This document shows positions 12,072 through 24,741 of a DNA stretch of 64,000 bases, piece after piece. Made by a program: the position numbers and the translations under genes. A model generated the notes under the pieces. It ran no database searches and was not told the DNA's origin. It saw only the letters and a program-made list of their open reading frames with translations. The stretch is from Eledone cirrhosa (lineage: Eukaryota): assembly GCA_964016885.1 (NCBI GenBank), contig OZ024750.1, positions 48,794,001 through 48,858,000 on the forward strand, written 5' to 3'. The first letter of the stretch is position 1; every line of letters starts with the position of its first letter.

Positions 12072-15000
12072 AATAATAATAAATTTGAAGACTAAAATCC
12101 AAAGAGGGCTCGTTAAGGTTAAATATATATCAAATATATAAGAGCCTTAGAGCAAATATTTATTAAAATAACAGATTAAAGTTTAAGCAACGTATCGCTG
12201 CTTTCACACTTAACGGGATATTCTGAAACTAACAAAGTCAATCTGTAAACGCAGGACTGGATATTTCAAAATACGTTGCAACTGGAGGAAGACAGGAAGA
12301 CGATACTTTGGTTCGTGGAAACGTTCGTTGGCAAAGAACGGGAAAAAACGAATATAATACGTCATTAATAGGAGCTGTGAAAAACAATTACGCGCAAAGA
12401 CAGAAGCACGTTTATGGTATAAAAGAGGTCGTAGACTAATGTTCTCTTAGGTGGTGCATAGAGACGTTCTCTGGCAATGAACGAAAAAAAAACGAAGCTA
12501 ATACGTCATATGTGGAGCGTGGAGAACAATAGCACGCAAAGACAAAACCACGCAAATGGTATAGCAGAAGTCGTAGACTAAACTTCTAACTAGGAGACCG
12601 AATGAATCTCCGCTACAGAGTTAAGAACAAAGTAAATAAATACAATACAGAAGTAATAGAAATAAATAAATACATACACGCAAACAAATACGTACATACA
12701 CAAGCATACGCAGAAACTACCATAGGTAAACAAAACCACGCACATATAAATATGTGTGTGTGTGTATGCGTGTATACAAATAAATAAATAATTATATAAA
12801 CGTATATAAATAAATAAATACGTATATAACAAACGCACACACACACCTACATGTAATTACACGAATGTTCGAAGACGTAAGTCAACCAAAACATGAAGTA
12901 CACATATACACACGCCCACCATACGTACGAACCTGCATACTCACACAGACGTAAAACTCCCGTATACACATAGCCGAACCATATGTACCAGAATATATAA
13001 AAAAATTATACGCCATAACAATCAAATATACGTACGAGAAGGTATACGTACCTTCACAAATCATACAGATAATATATACTTACCTATGCAAATAAGTAAA
13101 GGTATAAAGAAAACATATACTTAACTCCCACATCGAGACGTAAAATATCCACGTATAGATCGTACTATCCGTCAGGGTATAACGTGGGGCTGTAATACAG
13201 GAAAGTTTTGTGCAATTTATGTTTACAAGCCGAAATTGCCTCAGATTTTTTGTTTAAGATGTGGTCTGTGGCGTAGAGTATTTCCAGGGCCTCAGCGGCG
13301 CAGAGGTCACATGGTCTTTTATTTCCGTTATACGATCTATCCCTAGCTAGGATCTCCCAGTGTAACTTATATTCGGTGTGGTTGTCTTTTAGACTCCAGA
13401 TATAAGCTGAAAGTGACGTCAGATTCCTTCTTAGAGGGTAACGAAAAGAATGGGTGTGCATGTAAAGACTCTGCTTGAATCTATTGGCGGTTAACCATAT
13501 GTAGGCCCTACGGGACGTGGCTGTTACAACCTTACATTTGTAGACAATGTTACTAGAGAGGCATTTCCCGGATAGGGGACAATCAGCCCGATTTCTACAA
13601 TTACAGTTAGTACTAACTACAGGGTTGCACGTGTTCCTACGGCTAGGTATTTTAGCTAAATTTGAAGCTGTGATGTTATGTGCAAGGTTAGGAGTCGTTG
13701 AGTAAGAAATTTTAATAGTGTTTCTATTAAAAATGTTACTATGTTTATGTGTAGAGGGAAAATGCTTCGTAATAAGGGAAAGAAAGATCTTAGCTAATGG
13801 TGTGGCCAGCTCCATATTATATGGTGGGTTATACCAACAAATGCGACGGGATCTATTTCTTCTAGGTCTATTTTCGTACTCTGTATATGCTACCTTATCG
13901 ACAAATCCACTTTGAGCAAGAGCTTCATTGTAATAAGTGGAATGGTCGTTGAAAATACGCTCATTGGTGGAAAGACGGGAAAGCCTCAACGAAACGTTTC
14001 TTACCAGGTTATTGGTTATGCTGGCTGTATGGTTGGAATGCTTACTTATGTAATTAAGCGAATCATTCGGCTTTCTATACGGATAATACAACCCATTCAA
14101 TAAGTTGAGGGTTACATCGAGGTAATTAACGACCGAGAGATTGGCCTCAACCTGTATAGAGAGGTTGAAGCCTTTAAAGAAGGCTGTGAGTTCTTTTCTG
14201 AACCTGTTGCAAGCACGAGGTCCGCACTTAGTCATGGTCAAAAGACCATCGTCACGGTACAAACCACCGCCCGCTTTGGGGAATTCGTCCTTGATAGAGA
14301 AAAGAAGGAAAAGGCCGATAAGATCAGTAACCTCCGCTGAATCACTGGCACCCATACTCACGTCGAATGGGGTACTATTGGATTTTTTAATTCAAATATA
14401 GTCGTCGAAATTAATCACCGACTTTCGGGCATTGAGGATGATATCAACTTCGAAATCCTTAACCACTGTGAGTGTTTTAGCGAAATTGATAGCTCTAAGG
14501 AGAAGTGGTAAAGTGATGGAGGAGTAGTAATTGTTGATGTCGAATTGGATAAAACGGCAATGTTCCTTGTTACATATGCCGTTGAACCAACCAATCACCG
14601 CGAAGGAATTGTTCCACAGTGCAAGATGGGTCAAACTCCTAATTTCAGGTATAATTCTATCAAGAATCGTTTTACTAAGTCTACCTAAATCGGACTTCGT
14701 AGGGTTAATAAGCCGAATAGAGCGGTTGTTCGGAAAATTGGATTTGTGATCCTTCAGGGTAAAGTGGGGAGAAATAGGGTCCAGAGGTTCGGTCCGGTCC
14801 AGGATGTTGAGATCAGATGTGATTTTAAACCCAGCATCATTGATTTCATTGATGACGCACCGATTAGTTTTACGGTAATCCTTAGTTACAGCATTATGTA
14901 GTAGTTGATGGTAAGTACTGCGCTCCACTTGATATAGGTTGCCAGTTTTGTCGGAATGGACGACCACGGCATTAGAATCCTTAATAGAACGAATTCTATT

Positions 15001-15599
15001 ATTCAGGTCTTGCTGGAAGGAATTGCTCCTATTCAGAAATTTGATACTCCGAATGAGTTCCAAGACATCATTTTGGAAGGGTAGCAATGCTGGGTTACAC
15101 GGAGGGTTATTATAGGTTTAAAATCCAAATTTATCCTGTTTGATGCTTGCTTTTCGCGGATTATCGAAGTAAAAGGCCCGCCAACGCAACCTTTTAATGA
15201 ACGCGTCTGTTTTCTGTATCAGGAGTTTTAGGTATGTTTTCCTGCTTGGTACGGGTGACTTATTAGCTTCTTTTTTTTTCGTTCATTGCCAGAGAACGTC
15301 TCTATGCACCACCTAAGGGAACATTAGTCTACGACCTCTTTTATACCATAAACATGGTTCTGTCTTTGCGCGTAATTGTTTTTCACCGCTCCTATTAATG
15401 ACGTATTATATTAATTGTTTCCCGTTCTTTGCCAGCGAACGTTTCCACGAACCAAAGTATCGTCTTCCTGTCTTCCTCCGGTTGCAACGTATTTTGAAAT
15501 ATCCAGTCCTGCGTTTACATATTGACTTTGTTAGTTTCAGAAGATCCCGTTAAAGGTGAAAGCAGCGATTCTTTGCGTAACCTTTAATCTGTTATTTTA

Positions 15600-15605
<6 letters not shown>
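12068..15605 (-). mobile_element. Near-complete Naiad-type Penelope-like element (family A) with an inverted 3'-end copy at its 5' junction
   Basis: RT plus GIY-YIG ORF and a ~1.1 kb 3' region. 15260-15605 is the reverse complement of ~12157-12503. Both ends abut (TA)n. Confidence 0.92.
13165..15258 (-). pseudogene. Penelope-like RT-GIY-YIG polyprotein with one in-frame TGA; extreme N-terminus clipped
   Basis: A single frame reads PVPSRKTYLKLLIQK...FIKRLRWRAF, DKTGN, TLKDHK, RLINP, FDINNYY, MGASDSAE, GLYRDDGL, NYLDVTL, WYNPPY, CNCRNRADCPLSGKCL, IVYKC..YIW, CDLC. The TGA is at 14392-14394. Confidence 0.9.
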
Positions 15606-15688
<83 letters not shown>

Positions 15689-16461
15689 CATCAATTATTT
15701 TACTCAGTTTGACAATAATAATCAATTCTCTGTATATATGACCTTACATACAAACACGTTTTTTTAGTATAACTCTGTTAAATGCTATCGTGTGTCCTAG
15801 ATGATATACTATATAATAGAAATAATTATTTTCAATGTGTTTAATAAAAGATACATTTCACTTTTATATGAAATATAATAGGATCAATGTTTCAGATACT
15901 GCCACAGGGGATGATATTAATTCAAAAGAAATACTTCAATTTATGAAAATATAACTTTCCGTTATCAGTGCAATTATTATTCGCTTCGTTATTCACGTTA
16001 TATATGTATAGGGCATCTTTAAATAACCCATTTATATTTTGAATATCCATGGTTTTTCTGGACGTTTATCGTATTTGAATTTACATTTTTTCCTCGTTAC
16101 TTTCTTTCTATTTTCGTAAATGTATTATTATCGAGAGGTTTCCTTTAACACGTCTAGTCCACGGTTCCATAATAGATTGTCTTTGTCTGTTTCTCAATAA
16201 AGATATATGTAATCATTTTTTTTTCTTTTTCACTGTAAGTAATCGTGTATTAGCTTTTAGTGTTTTGTTCTATATTTACAACGCTTTAAACATTTTTTTT
16301 AATGTAATGTAAATGTTATTCTCTTTTAAATGGCAACATTTATTGAGCCCATGCATACATTAATATACAAACACATTTGTAATATACAAACACATTTGTA
16401 ATATACAAACACATTTGTATACACACACACACGAATATATACATTTATTTAAGTATATGAT

Positions 16462-16501
<40 letters not shown>

Positions 16502-16724
16502 CACGCGTGTATATGTGTATGTGTGCGTGTGTGTGTGTATGTATCTATATATGTATATACAAATATATATATCAAATATATATGTATTTATATATATATA
16601 TGTGTCCGTGCGTGCGTGTGTGTGTGTGTTTCTGCGTGTGTGTGTGTGTGTATAAAAAATGAATAAAAAATAGGAAACCCAACGATAGAGTACAATTAAC
16701 CCTTGAAATAATAGGTAAAGGGCA

Positions 16725-16756
16725 TTAACGTTCCTGACACTTGTCTTTCATCAGAA
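16725..16756 (-). ncRNA. Decayed minimal type I hammerhead in a probable Penelope 3' remnant (~16655-16850)
   Basis: tt-CTGATGA-aa-GAC-aagt-GTC-a-GGAA-CG-TT-aa, with GAAA changed to GGAA. Confidence 0.45.
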
Positions 16757-16909
16757 GGAAGAATGGGAAACAAAATACGAAATAGAAAGATAAAGAGGAA
16801 AGAACGGAAAAAATATTGTTAAAAAAAAATCACCCCTGTTTGTCCTTCAGCCATATTTGCATGACACGTAAGGTTTCAAAAGCTTTTCAGGTGTAGGTCA
16901 TAGTGATGC

Positions 16910-17112
16910 TCTACTTACTAGTGTTACCTACATTTCGGGCATTAATAAGATGTCCAGCATTATTACATACATGACATTTATCAACCCCCGTAAGGATGAA
17001 ATTCAAGATTAAACTCGGCAGGATTTGAACTTAGAATGGTAAGGGCCGTAACTCTATGCGTCAAAGCATGGCGTGCGACCCTCTACCGATACTGTGAATC
17101 AACCGCCCTTGG
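16910..17112 (-). mobile_element. tRNA-derived SINE (same family as 54010, 57575, 61255, 61722)
   Basis: A-box-like start, B box GTTCAAATCC and core tttcatccttacgggg-tgataaa. Confidence 0.8.
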
Positions 17113-17244
17113 TTTTAATAATGTGTAGGTTGTTGTTAAATATGTACTTGCTGTGCATTTTTGTACTTGTGTCTGTGTTTGTATTTATGTGTACATTGTT
17201 AAGCGTGGTGTGTGTTTGTTTAAGGTGTATGTCTTATTTATGTT

Positions 17245-18760
17245 CTCTTCTTCTTGCTCTTGCAAGGCATCATCATGTATAGAGCTGACCATGTCCAAAT
17301 ATACCCTCCATCGCAAATGTTCCAGTGCTACCCCAGTTATATGGTACCGGGCCAGCCCCAGAGTCTCTTCCAGCCTGTAACTGCTGCAGATCCTGGTAGG
17401 TTGAAATGCTCGCAGGTGGAGGATATGTCCGTACAAGAACATGTGGTGAATGACTGTGGTGGCATGCTGTGAGATGATGCGTGTACGCACGCAACTCTTT
17501 GTTGAAAACGTGTTTATCTATGTCATGTCCTGTCCTCGATGGTCTTCTGGGCTCTGCTATCGAAACTGTCGATCCTCTTTGCGATATATCTACTCCATGC
17601 AGGAGAACACAGAAGACATACGCGTTCTAATTGCAGAGCTTCATCTTCCGGAAGATAGAGCAGTGTCGTCAAAGGAGCGTCCATTGTGAATGTATGACTC
17701 CGCCTGCCAGAACACATCTTCGGTTGACCGCTGGGCTCAGGTTTCCATTGTTGTAGAGTGTCGAAACCAGGTAAATGAAGGAGTTGATCAACTCCCCGTC
17801 ACCGGGGCCAACATGAAGTTGGACAGTACCCAGGTAATCAGCGACAAGCATAAAATATGTCTTCGTATTTGCCGATTCCTCACAGTATATGGTCAGTGCT
17901 TCCCTGAGAAAATCGTGCGAGTTAATGAACAGGGTGATGTCCTCCGTATATTCCAGGTCGGCCAGGTGATCGTTTACGAAGGTAGCGTCAGAAAACCGCT
18001 GACAGTCCTTGGTCATCAGATAGCCGATGAGGCAGTTGAAAAGGGCAAGGGCAGCCATGCTGGTCTGTCTGATTTTTCCGTTGATGGAGAACTAATCGGA
18101 GTCATTCCTATTCTTACGGACTCAACTCTCAGCGCTGTTATAACATCGTTGGGACAGGAGGGTGGATGTGCGAGGCGCACTGACGGACTTCGGCATTTTC
18201 CAGAGGGATGCAAGATCGACGTGTCAAAAGACGCCTTGAAGTTGACGAAATGACGTAGAGCTGGTGATCTCTACGGACTTCAGGTGATCATTCACTAATA
18301 AGACGGAAGGCAGAAATGTGGTCGGTGGCTGATCAATTAGGCATGAATTCGGCTTATTTTGGGCGACGAATGCTTCAAATATCAGGATGAGCACGGCTGA
18401 TGGTGATCATGGTGAATAGAATACTTTTGATGGAGAGAAGGTTTATGTCCTTGTGTTTGCTGCGGGTGATTTTGTCACCCTTCGGTTTCCAGAAGGATAT
18501 GATGATACAACTGGGTCCAGTCATTTGGGAGACGCTCTGACAACCATACATTGATGCGGGTGAGCCACTGGATCATGTTATATCCACTGGCGTTCAACAT
18601 CTCATTGATAGTACAAATTCCAGGAGGTTTGTGATTTTTCAGCTTCTTCAGGGTGACTCTGACTTCGTCAGGGGTGAGAGGATCGTGTTTGCAAATGTCG
18701 TTGGTTGTAGCTTTGTTATTGATTATTGGCGTTAAGGAGTAGTAGGGTTAAGGAGCAGCC
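17245..18760 (-). mobile_element. Decayed, 5'-truncated RTE-like LINE
   Basis: RT remnants (VNFKASFDTS, VRIGMTPIS, LADLEYTEDITLF, FIYLVS) with many stops and frameshifts, and an (AAG)n-like tail. Confidence 0.75.
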
Positions 18761-19868
18761 GTCTACGTAGCGAGCTGACGCACTGTGGGATACCGTTGGG
18801 CTGGATCCTCCGCGGGAGGCCGACCCACCTGGTGTGACGCTACATGTAGCAAAGCTCTAGAAGATGATGCTCTTTCGGTTATAAAGAAAACACAACCCTC
18901 TTCTCTATGACAAGGCCAGACATAGGACAATTATTTATGTGAATATTGTTCATAAACCTTACTGTATTTAACGGCGATTATGTGCAGTGTGACATGTGTA
19001 TAGACATGAGACACATTTAGTGAACTAGATGGATGTAAAATAGTCTTTTGTGTGTCTGTGCATGCATGGTTCCATGCTGAGAGCAGATGCCTTCTTATAT
19101 GTAAGGATCCTATAAATAGGTCATTCTTTGTGTGTACCTATAGACCAGAGGATTTCCGAACCTATAATATCTTTAATATTTCACTTGAACAAAGTGAGCA
19201 CCTCTTTCATCCATTAATATATCGGGCTAGTAAAATGGTTCTTCTCTCCCACGAACATACACTGATAAGGACACAGAGAAGAATTAATAAATAGACAATT
19301 AAAGCAGAGTATGGGAAGACATGACACCTAGCGAAGATAATATTCTTCTATAAGTCTACAAAAAGGGATATTATGTAAACTTATGCATTGAAAATCTTAG
19401 AAACCCTGCTGAATATGCTTATATATCCTAACACATTGATTGGGAGCCCTTTAGCTAATATGGAATCAATGGTATTTACAGATCTTCCACATGTGTGCAA
19501 ATTCGGGTTCAAAATATACTTCAGGTGGCATATGTAATATCTGAATTAAAGGGTGAATTGGCTGAATCGTAAAACCAACTGATAGATTATTTGTTGGTAA
19601 TTGTTTCGACGTTCAAATCATCTTCACTTCAATTGTACATTTTATTATTCCTTTCCTGGTCGATTATCATAAATCTAGGCTTCATTCTACATAAAAAAAA
19701 GTGTCTCTCTCTCTATATATATATATATGAAAAGTAAGTTTCTACACAAAACGAAGGTTATAGAGAAAATTGAGGTTGGTAATGGCACATGTAATATATA
19801 AGAGACAGAATACTTTTTTGTGAAAAAACATATAATTTTATAAGGTAAGGAAAGAATAAAGGGTATAA

Positions 19869-19916
19869 AAAATGACCGGTTTCGATGGGTCTGCAAAAGC
19901 CATCTTTTCAAATGTT
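19869..19916 (-). ncRNA. Minimal type I hammerhead with U3-A8 core, within a probable Penelope 3' remnant (~19725-20155)
   Basis: aacat-TTGAAAA-GATGG-loop-CCATC-GAAA-CCGG-TC-atttt, with palindromic stem III ACCGGT. Confidence 0.65.
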
Positions 19917-20284
19917 GATTAATATTAAGAAAAATTAATAATAAGAGGAGTTAAAATTTGAGATTTGAAAATTCAAGTATAAAATTCATTGTGGGATTTC
20001 ACAGTAGTTTTCATCTAGGTAGCAGAAAGTTGACTGCTGTGTGTCCCTTTCTGGTAGTGAATGAGGAATTATTTGTGGGGAGTGTTTTTTTTTAAGGTCA
20101 GATTTAGCAATGGCCAGATGGCCAGCTGCTGGTCAGTGAGGGGGTGGAAGCAATATACATACATATATCTCCATGTGGTCGGTAGGAGAGGGGAGAGTGA
20201 TAGAAAGGGAGTTAGTGCACTTACACCTATATATACACATACCCTCACATACATACATATACATATACACACATACATATACAT

Positions 20285-20336
<52 letters not shown>

Positions 20337-20340
<4 letters not shown>

Positions 20341-20620
20341 TGGCTGCCAACTCGTTTTCGAGTACGGCCACCACTTTATATCCATGTAGCAGAACCTCTA
20401 CCGAAGCGCTGAACGAGTGTGACTTTTTAGTCCAGCCAGCGACTTGAAAACTCTGGTACAAACACTACACCTGTAACAATTATTGACACATAGTGCTGGG
20501 CCCATGGTGCCATGTGACGACAAGTGCAGAGAGATCTCCAGATATAAAGCAATGCCTGTGCCGTGAAGCTTTTATAGTGAGCAAAGGCACTGCACAAAGC
20601 CAGTCCCACTCTCTTAACCA
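20337..20620 (-). mobile_element. 5'-truncated copy of the non-autonomous RTE derivative
   Basis: Near-identical to 20661-20944. Confidence 0.9.
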
Positions 20621-20660
20621 CTATATATATACACACACACATACATACACACATATATAC

Positions 20661-21220
20661 ATGGTGGCTGCCAACTCGTTTTCGAGTACGGCCACTACTT
20701 TATATCCATGTAGGAGAACCCCTACCGATGCGCTGAACGAATGTGACTTTTTAGTCCAGCCAGCGACTTGAAAACTCTGGTACAAACACTACACCTGTGA
20801 CAATTATTGACACATAGTGCTGGGCCCATGGTACCATGTGACGACAAGTGCAGAGAGATCTCCAGATATAAAGCAATGCCTGTGCTGTGAAGCTTTTATA
20901 GTGAGCAAAGGCACTGCACAAAGCCAGTCCCACTCTCTTAACCAAGATGATATTTACCAAAAAGAAGAACAATTCAACATCATTGGATACCATCAGGGTT
21001 GCAGGTGTTATATCAGAGTTTTCCTTCTCCTAGAATTCTGCCTTGACAGAGGCTAAGGGGTCATCTCTCCCTGTGATTTTGGATGGCCATCGACTCTTAA
21101 GAGCTCCTTTGCCCTTTGAGAGGTTTTGTTTTTAGTCCTGCAGGATGTCCAAAGTCACCCTCCTCACCAAGAAACCTTGGTGGGGTTGCCAGTTTAGTCG
21201 CCAACGACCCGACCATGAGA
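20661..21220 (-). mobile_element. Bipartite non-autonomous RTE derivative (560 bp)
   Basis: Reverse complement of 25541-26100. The 5' part is homologous to the RTE leader; the 3' part encodes the RTE terminal zinc finger and 3' stem-loop. Confidence 0.88.
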
Positions 21221-21439
21221 CAGGTTGTACTGGGATACATGTTACCAGTAGCACCAACTGGTGACATATATACATACACACATACATACACACACACACA
21301 CACACATATATATACATACACACACATCCAGATACACACATACATACACACACACACACATACATACACATACATATATCCATATGCACACACACACACA
21401 GACACACACATACACATACACACACACACATAGAGAAAT

Positions 21440-22185
21440 GTTTTCCATAATATAAGAAGTTAGAACAGTGAAATAAAAATAGAAGTCATTCTGATCACAT
21501 TGAGTTCTTCGTGTAGATTGGGCCCCTCAACCGACAGTTGTGAATTCTGTGTGAGCATATATATATATAGATATATGTGTGTGCACGTGCAGGGTTTAAC
21601 ATGGATGTGTTGGTCACACAAAGGCATAGTCTGTCAACGAATAAACCTGATTCTACAGAATTGGTCTCTGGTCTTTAATAGTAGTGATAATTATATATAT
21701 ACACACATACACACACATATATGTCACTCCGTGCGTATGTGTGTTTATATTTTATGACAATTCTATTGGGGTGATAACCCGTTTTGTTTTGATTTAAATT
21801 TGTTAAGGAATAGATTTTCTTTGTTTATTCTTTGTTGCTGTGTGAACGAATATGAGCACTTGTAGAAGGGAAAGATTTTAAAGTTGGGTAGTGTCATTCG
21901 TGCGCAGTTCGCAATATGGCTGCTCAAGGGGATTTTTCTTGTGTTAGCGTCCCGGATTTGTTGGCGGTGGATGGTCATTATTTTGCGTAAAGAGGTGCCC
22001 GTCTGTCCTATGTAGTTGTGTTTGCACCCACCGCAAGTTATTGCGTAAATCAAGTTCTCCGAGTTTAAAGGTGAAATTGTTTTTTACTGTAAATATTTGG
22101 CCATCTTTAAATGTAAATTGTTGTCCTTCAGTGAGGTAGAGGCACGTTCCACAGTTTGTTCTACCACATTTGGTAACTTTAGGGT
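21440..22185 (-). mobile_element. Neptune-type Penelope-like 3' fragment (Cys-rich linker plus GIY-YIG)
   Basis: KCGRTNCGTC linker, IYAITCGGCKHNYIGQTGTSLRK...IHRQQI and KENLFLNKFK. The 3' boundary is approximate. Confidence 0.8.
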
Positions 22186-22512
22186 TCCATATGAATCCTT
22201 TGAGGGCGGCTGGCTATGAAGCTAGCTGGTCAGCCGCCCTTTCTGTCTCTGGTTCCCGGACCCCGGGTTTTTCGGACCCATGGCTCTTTACATATTCCTT
22301 TGTATATTCCAATACCTGATGATAATCACCGGATTCATATGGAACCCGGTCATTGAAATGATCAAAGTATAATAAACCTTTCAAGGATTTACACCAGTCC
22401 AGCCTCCTGTTATTTCATTTATCAATAACTCCGTATTCGCACCACCAACTACACAAATGAAGATGGGTGAACAGCACTGCGTTGAGTACTCTTCACAATA
22501 TTACACCAGGAT

Positions 22513-22561
22513 TGACCATACGGAATGACCGGTTCTATCCAGTGGTGAACCATCAAACCTT

Positions 22562-22611
<50 letters not shown>

Positions 22612-22660
22612 AAGGTTTGATGGTTCACCACTGGATAGAACCGGTCATTCCGTATGGTCA
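22513..22660. repeat. Perfect palindrome (~52-bp arms) centred on a (TA)n tract
   Basis: tgaccatacgg...aaccttaaaa(ta)n ttttaaggtt...ccgtatggtca. Confidence 0.97.
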
Positions 22661-22978
22661 TGTGTTTCACCGCTCCTATTAATGACGTATTATTCGTTTT
22701 TTCCCATTCTTTGCCAGCGAACGTTTCCACGAACCAAAGTATCGTCTTCCTCTCTTCCTCCGGTTGCAACGTTTTTTGAAATATCCAGTTCTGCGTTTAC
22801 AGATTGACTTTGTTAGTTTCAGATGATCCCGTTAAGGGTGAAAGCAGCGATTCTTTGCTTAAACTTTAATCTGTTATTTTAATAAATATTTGCTCTACGG
22901 TTCTTATATATTTGATATATATTTATCCTTATCGAGCCCTCTTTGGATTTTAGTCTTCAAATTTATTATTATTGCTAT
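22661..22978 (+). mobile_element. 3' terminal fragment of Naiad family A
   Basis: Matches the reverse complement of ~12068-12385 and 15378-15605; ends in (TA)n. Confidence 0.92.
22815..22865 (+). ncRNA. Type I hammerhead-like motif with CAGANGA core (other copies at 15533-15583 + and 12180-12230 -)
   Basis: AGTTT-CAGATGA-T-CCC-gttaa-GGG-T-GAAA-GCA-loop-TGC-TT-AAACT. Confidence 0.65.
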
Positions 22979-23330
22979 ATATATATATATATTGCAAAAT
23001 GTGTGAGATCCTTGGTAGTGATAGAACTCGGTGTAATCGGATGGTGAGTAATCCAGTGAAATACATATAAACGTTCCGTCTTCCGCTGGGTTTAATTCCT
23101 TATATTACAGAGTCAGATATTAGGTATTAAATTAACAATGAAAATAAATGCAACAAAGTTAAGTTCTGCTCGAACCTATATATGCGGTCTCATAAAATAC
23201 AGTTATATTACTGCTATAGATCGAACAATATGTCAACATGATCAACCCAACAAAGGGATCGTTAAACAATTATAGGAATAGCTGAAATAACTTGAAATTG
23301 TTTTTCTATTTCCATTGTTAATTTAATACC

Positions 23331-23396
<66 letters not shown>

Positions 23397-23414
23397 AATT
23401 GATAGTTTCCTTGA

Positions 23415-23490
<76 letters not shown>

Positions 23491-24453
23491 GAATGTTTCC
23501 TGTGTTTGTGTGTGCATCTCTCTATATACACCATTCAACCATACATACAAATATGCTGCTGAAAGATAGGAATTTTCTGAAAATGTCATATTATAGAATG
23601 TGACATTTACAAAACGTGCCCTGAAGCGAATTTGCACGGTAATTAAAATATTCACAATATGTATATTTATCTATAATTCCGTTGGGTAAATTAATGTAGC
23701 TTTCTACGCTTAAATCTCAACTTTTATTTTTATGTTTCACACATCCTCCGTTGATTATTAAATATCTCACTTTTCTGAAATATCATGCTATAATATATTT
23801 AGTGCTGAATTATTTTTATGAATTTTGTGTACTTACTTTGATACCTAAAATATGTAGGCAACAATGCAATTCGTAGATATATATAGCTTAGGTATTTTCC
23901 ATTCATACGAGTTCAATCAAAACACATACCAGATGGTGGTAGCTTCGCAGAGTTGACAATGTGTTGCACTGTGATAATTATTTACTACTTCCAACGTTCA
24001 AGCCCTACCAGGGTTAGTTTTACATTTCATCATTCCACGTTCGGAATGATATCATCAACTTCCCCTTCTTTCTAAAATTACTGACATTGCGGTTAATTCG
24101 AAACAAATGTATTAACATAGTAACTAAAACTGTCCTGTGGGTTTTCTCCTGGCGATATTAGCTAATCTCATATATTTTTTTCATGTCATTCCTTTATGTA
24201 GGTATTTCAATGGATAGGCCTTTTTATGTTCCCTTGACTATATCTATCTAACCCCTAATTATCTACCAAATGTTCTCACTTACATCCCCTTTGTCTAAAA
24301 CCTCTTTCCTTGAGTGTCTCATATGCATCATTCTTCTCATTTGGAAAATTGTTTACGTTTGCAGGAAAAGAATACAATTGAAACTGGAGTCGATTCAGTG
24401 CGAGAATATGTGAAGATACGAAGCACACAACCAGAAACGAAATCCATCTAAAT

Positions 24454-24741
24454 CAGGGGTTCTCAACCTTTTTTTCGCTGTGGACCACCAAAATAATTAT
24501 TTTTTCCTGTGGACCACCTAAACGTTTAAATCTGTTGTAATATAACTGCTAGAGACATTCTAACCACATGCCCATAGTATCAGAGCTGTGAACTCGAAAT
24601 TTTCAAATATAATGGACATGAGTGTAATTAAACAAAATATTATATTAGTTACATTTTGGTGAAATGGCTACAATTTTTTTATGGCTACGAATTCTCTGTG
24701 GACTACTAGAAATGCTATGTTGACCACGTTGAGAATCACTG
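24454..24741. mobile_element. hAT-family (Charlie-like) MITE, 288 bp
   Basis: TIRs CAGGGGTTCTCAAC and GTTGAGAATCACTG, with a perfect 8-bp TSD ATCTAAAT at 24446-24453 and 24742-24749. Confidence 0.92.

Noticed and set aside
14392-14394. In-frame TGA in the Naiad ORF as possible selenocysteine (some Naiad elements are reported to encode Sec)
   Set aside because: The context YI*IKK...FDVSMG corresponds to a WxKK position, so TGG>TGA nonsense is the simpler reading. The Cys positions of the zinc-binding motifs are normal, and I could not identify a SECIS.
23985-24115. Additional very decayed SINE-like stretches (also ~8400-8500, ~19600-19680, ~26620-26710, ~62530-62650)
   Set aside because: Similarity is too patchy to give reliable boundaries or family by eye.
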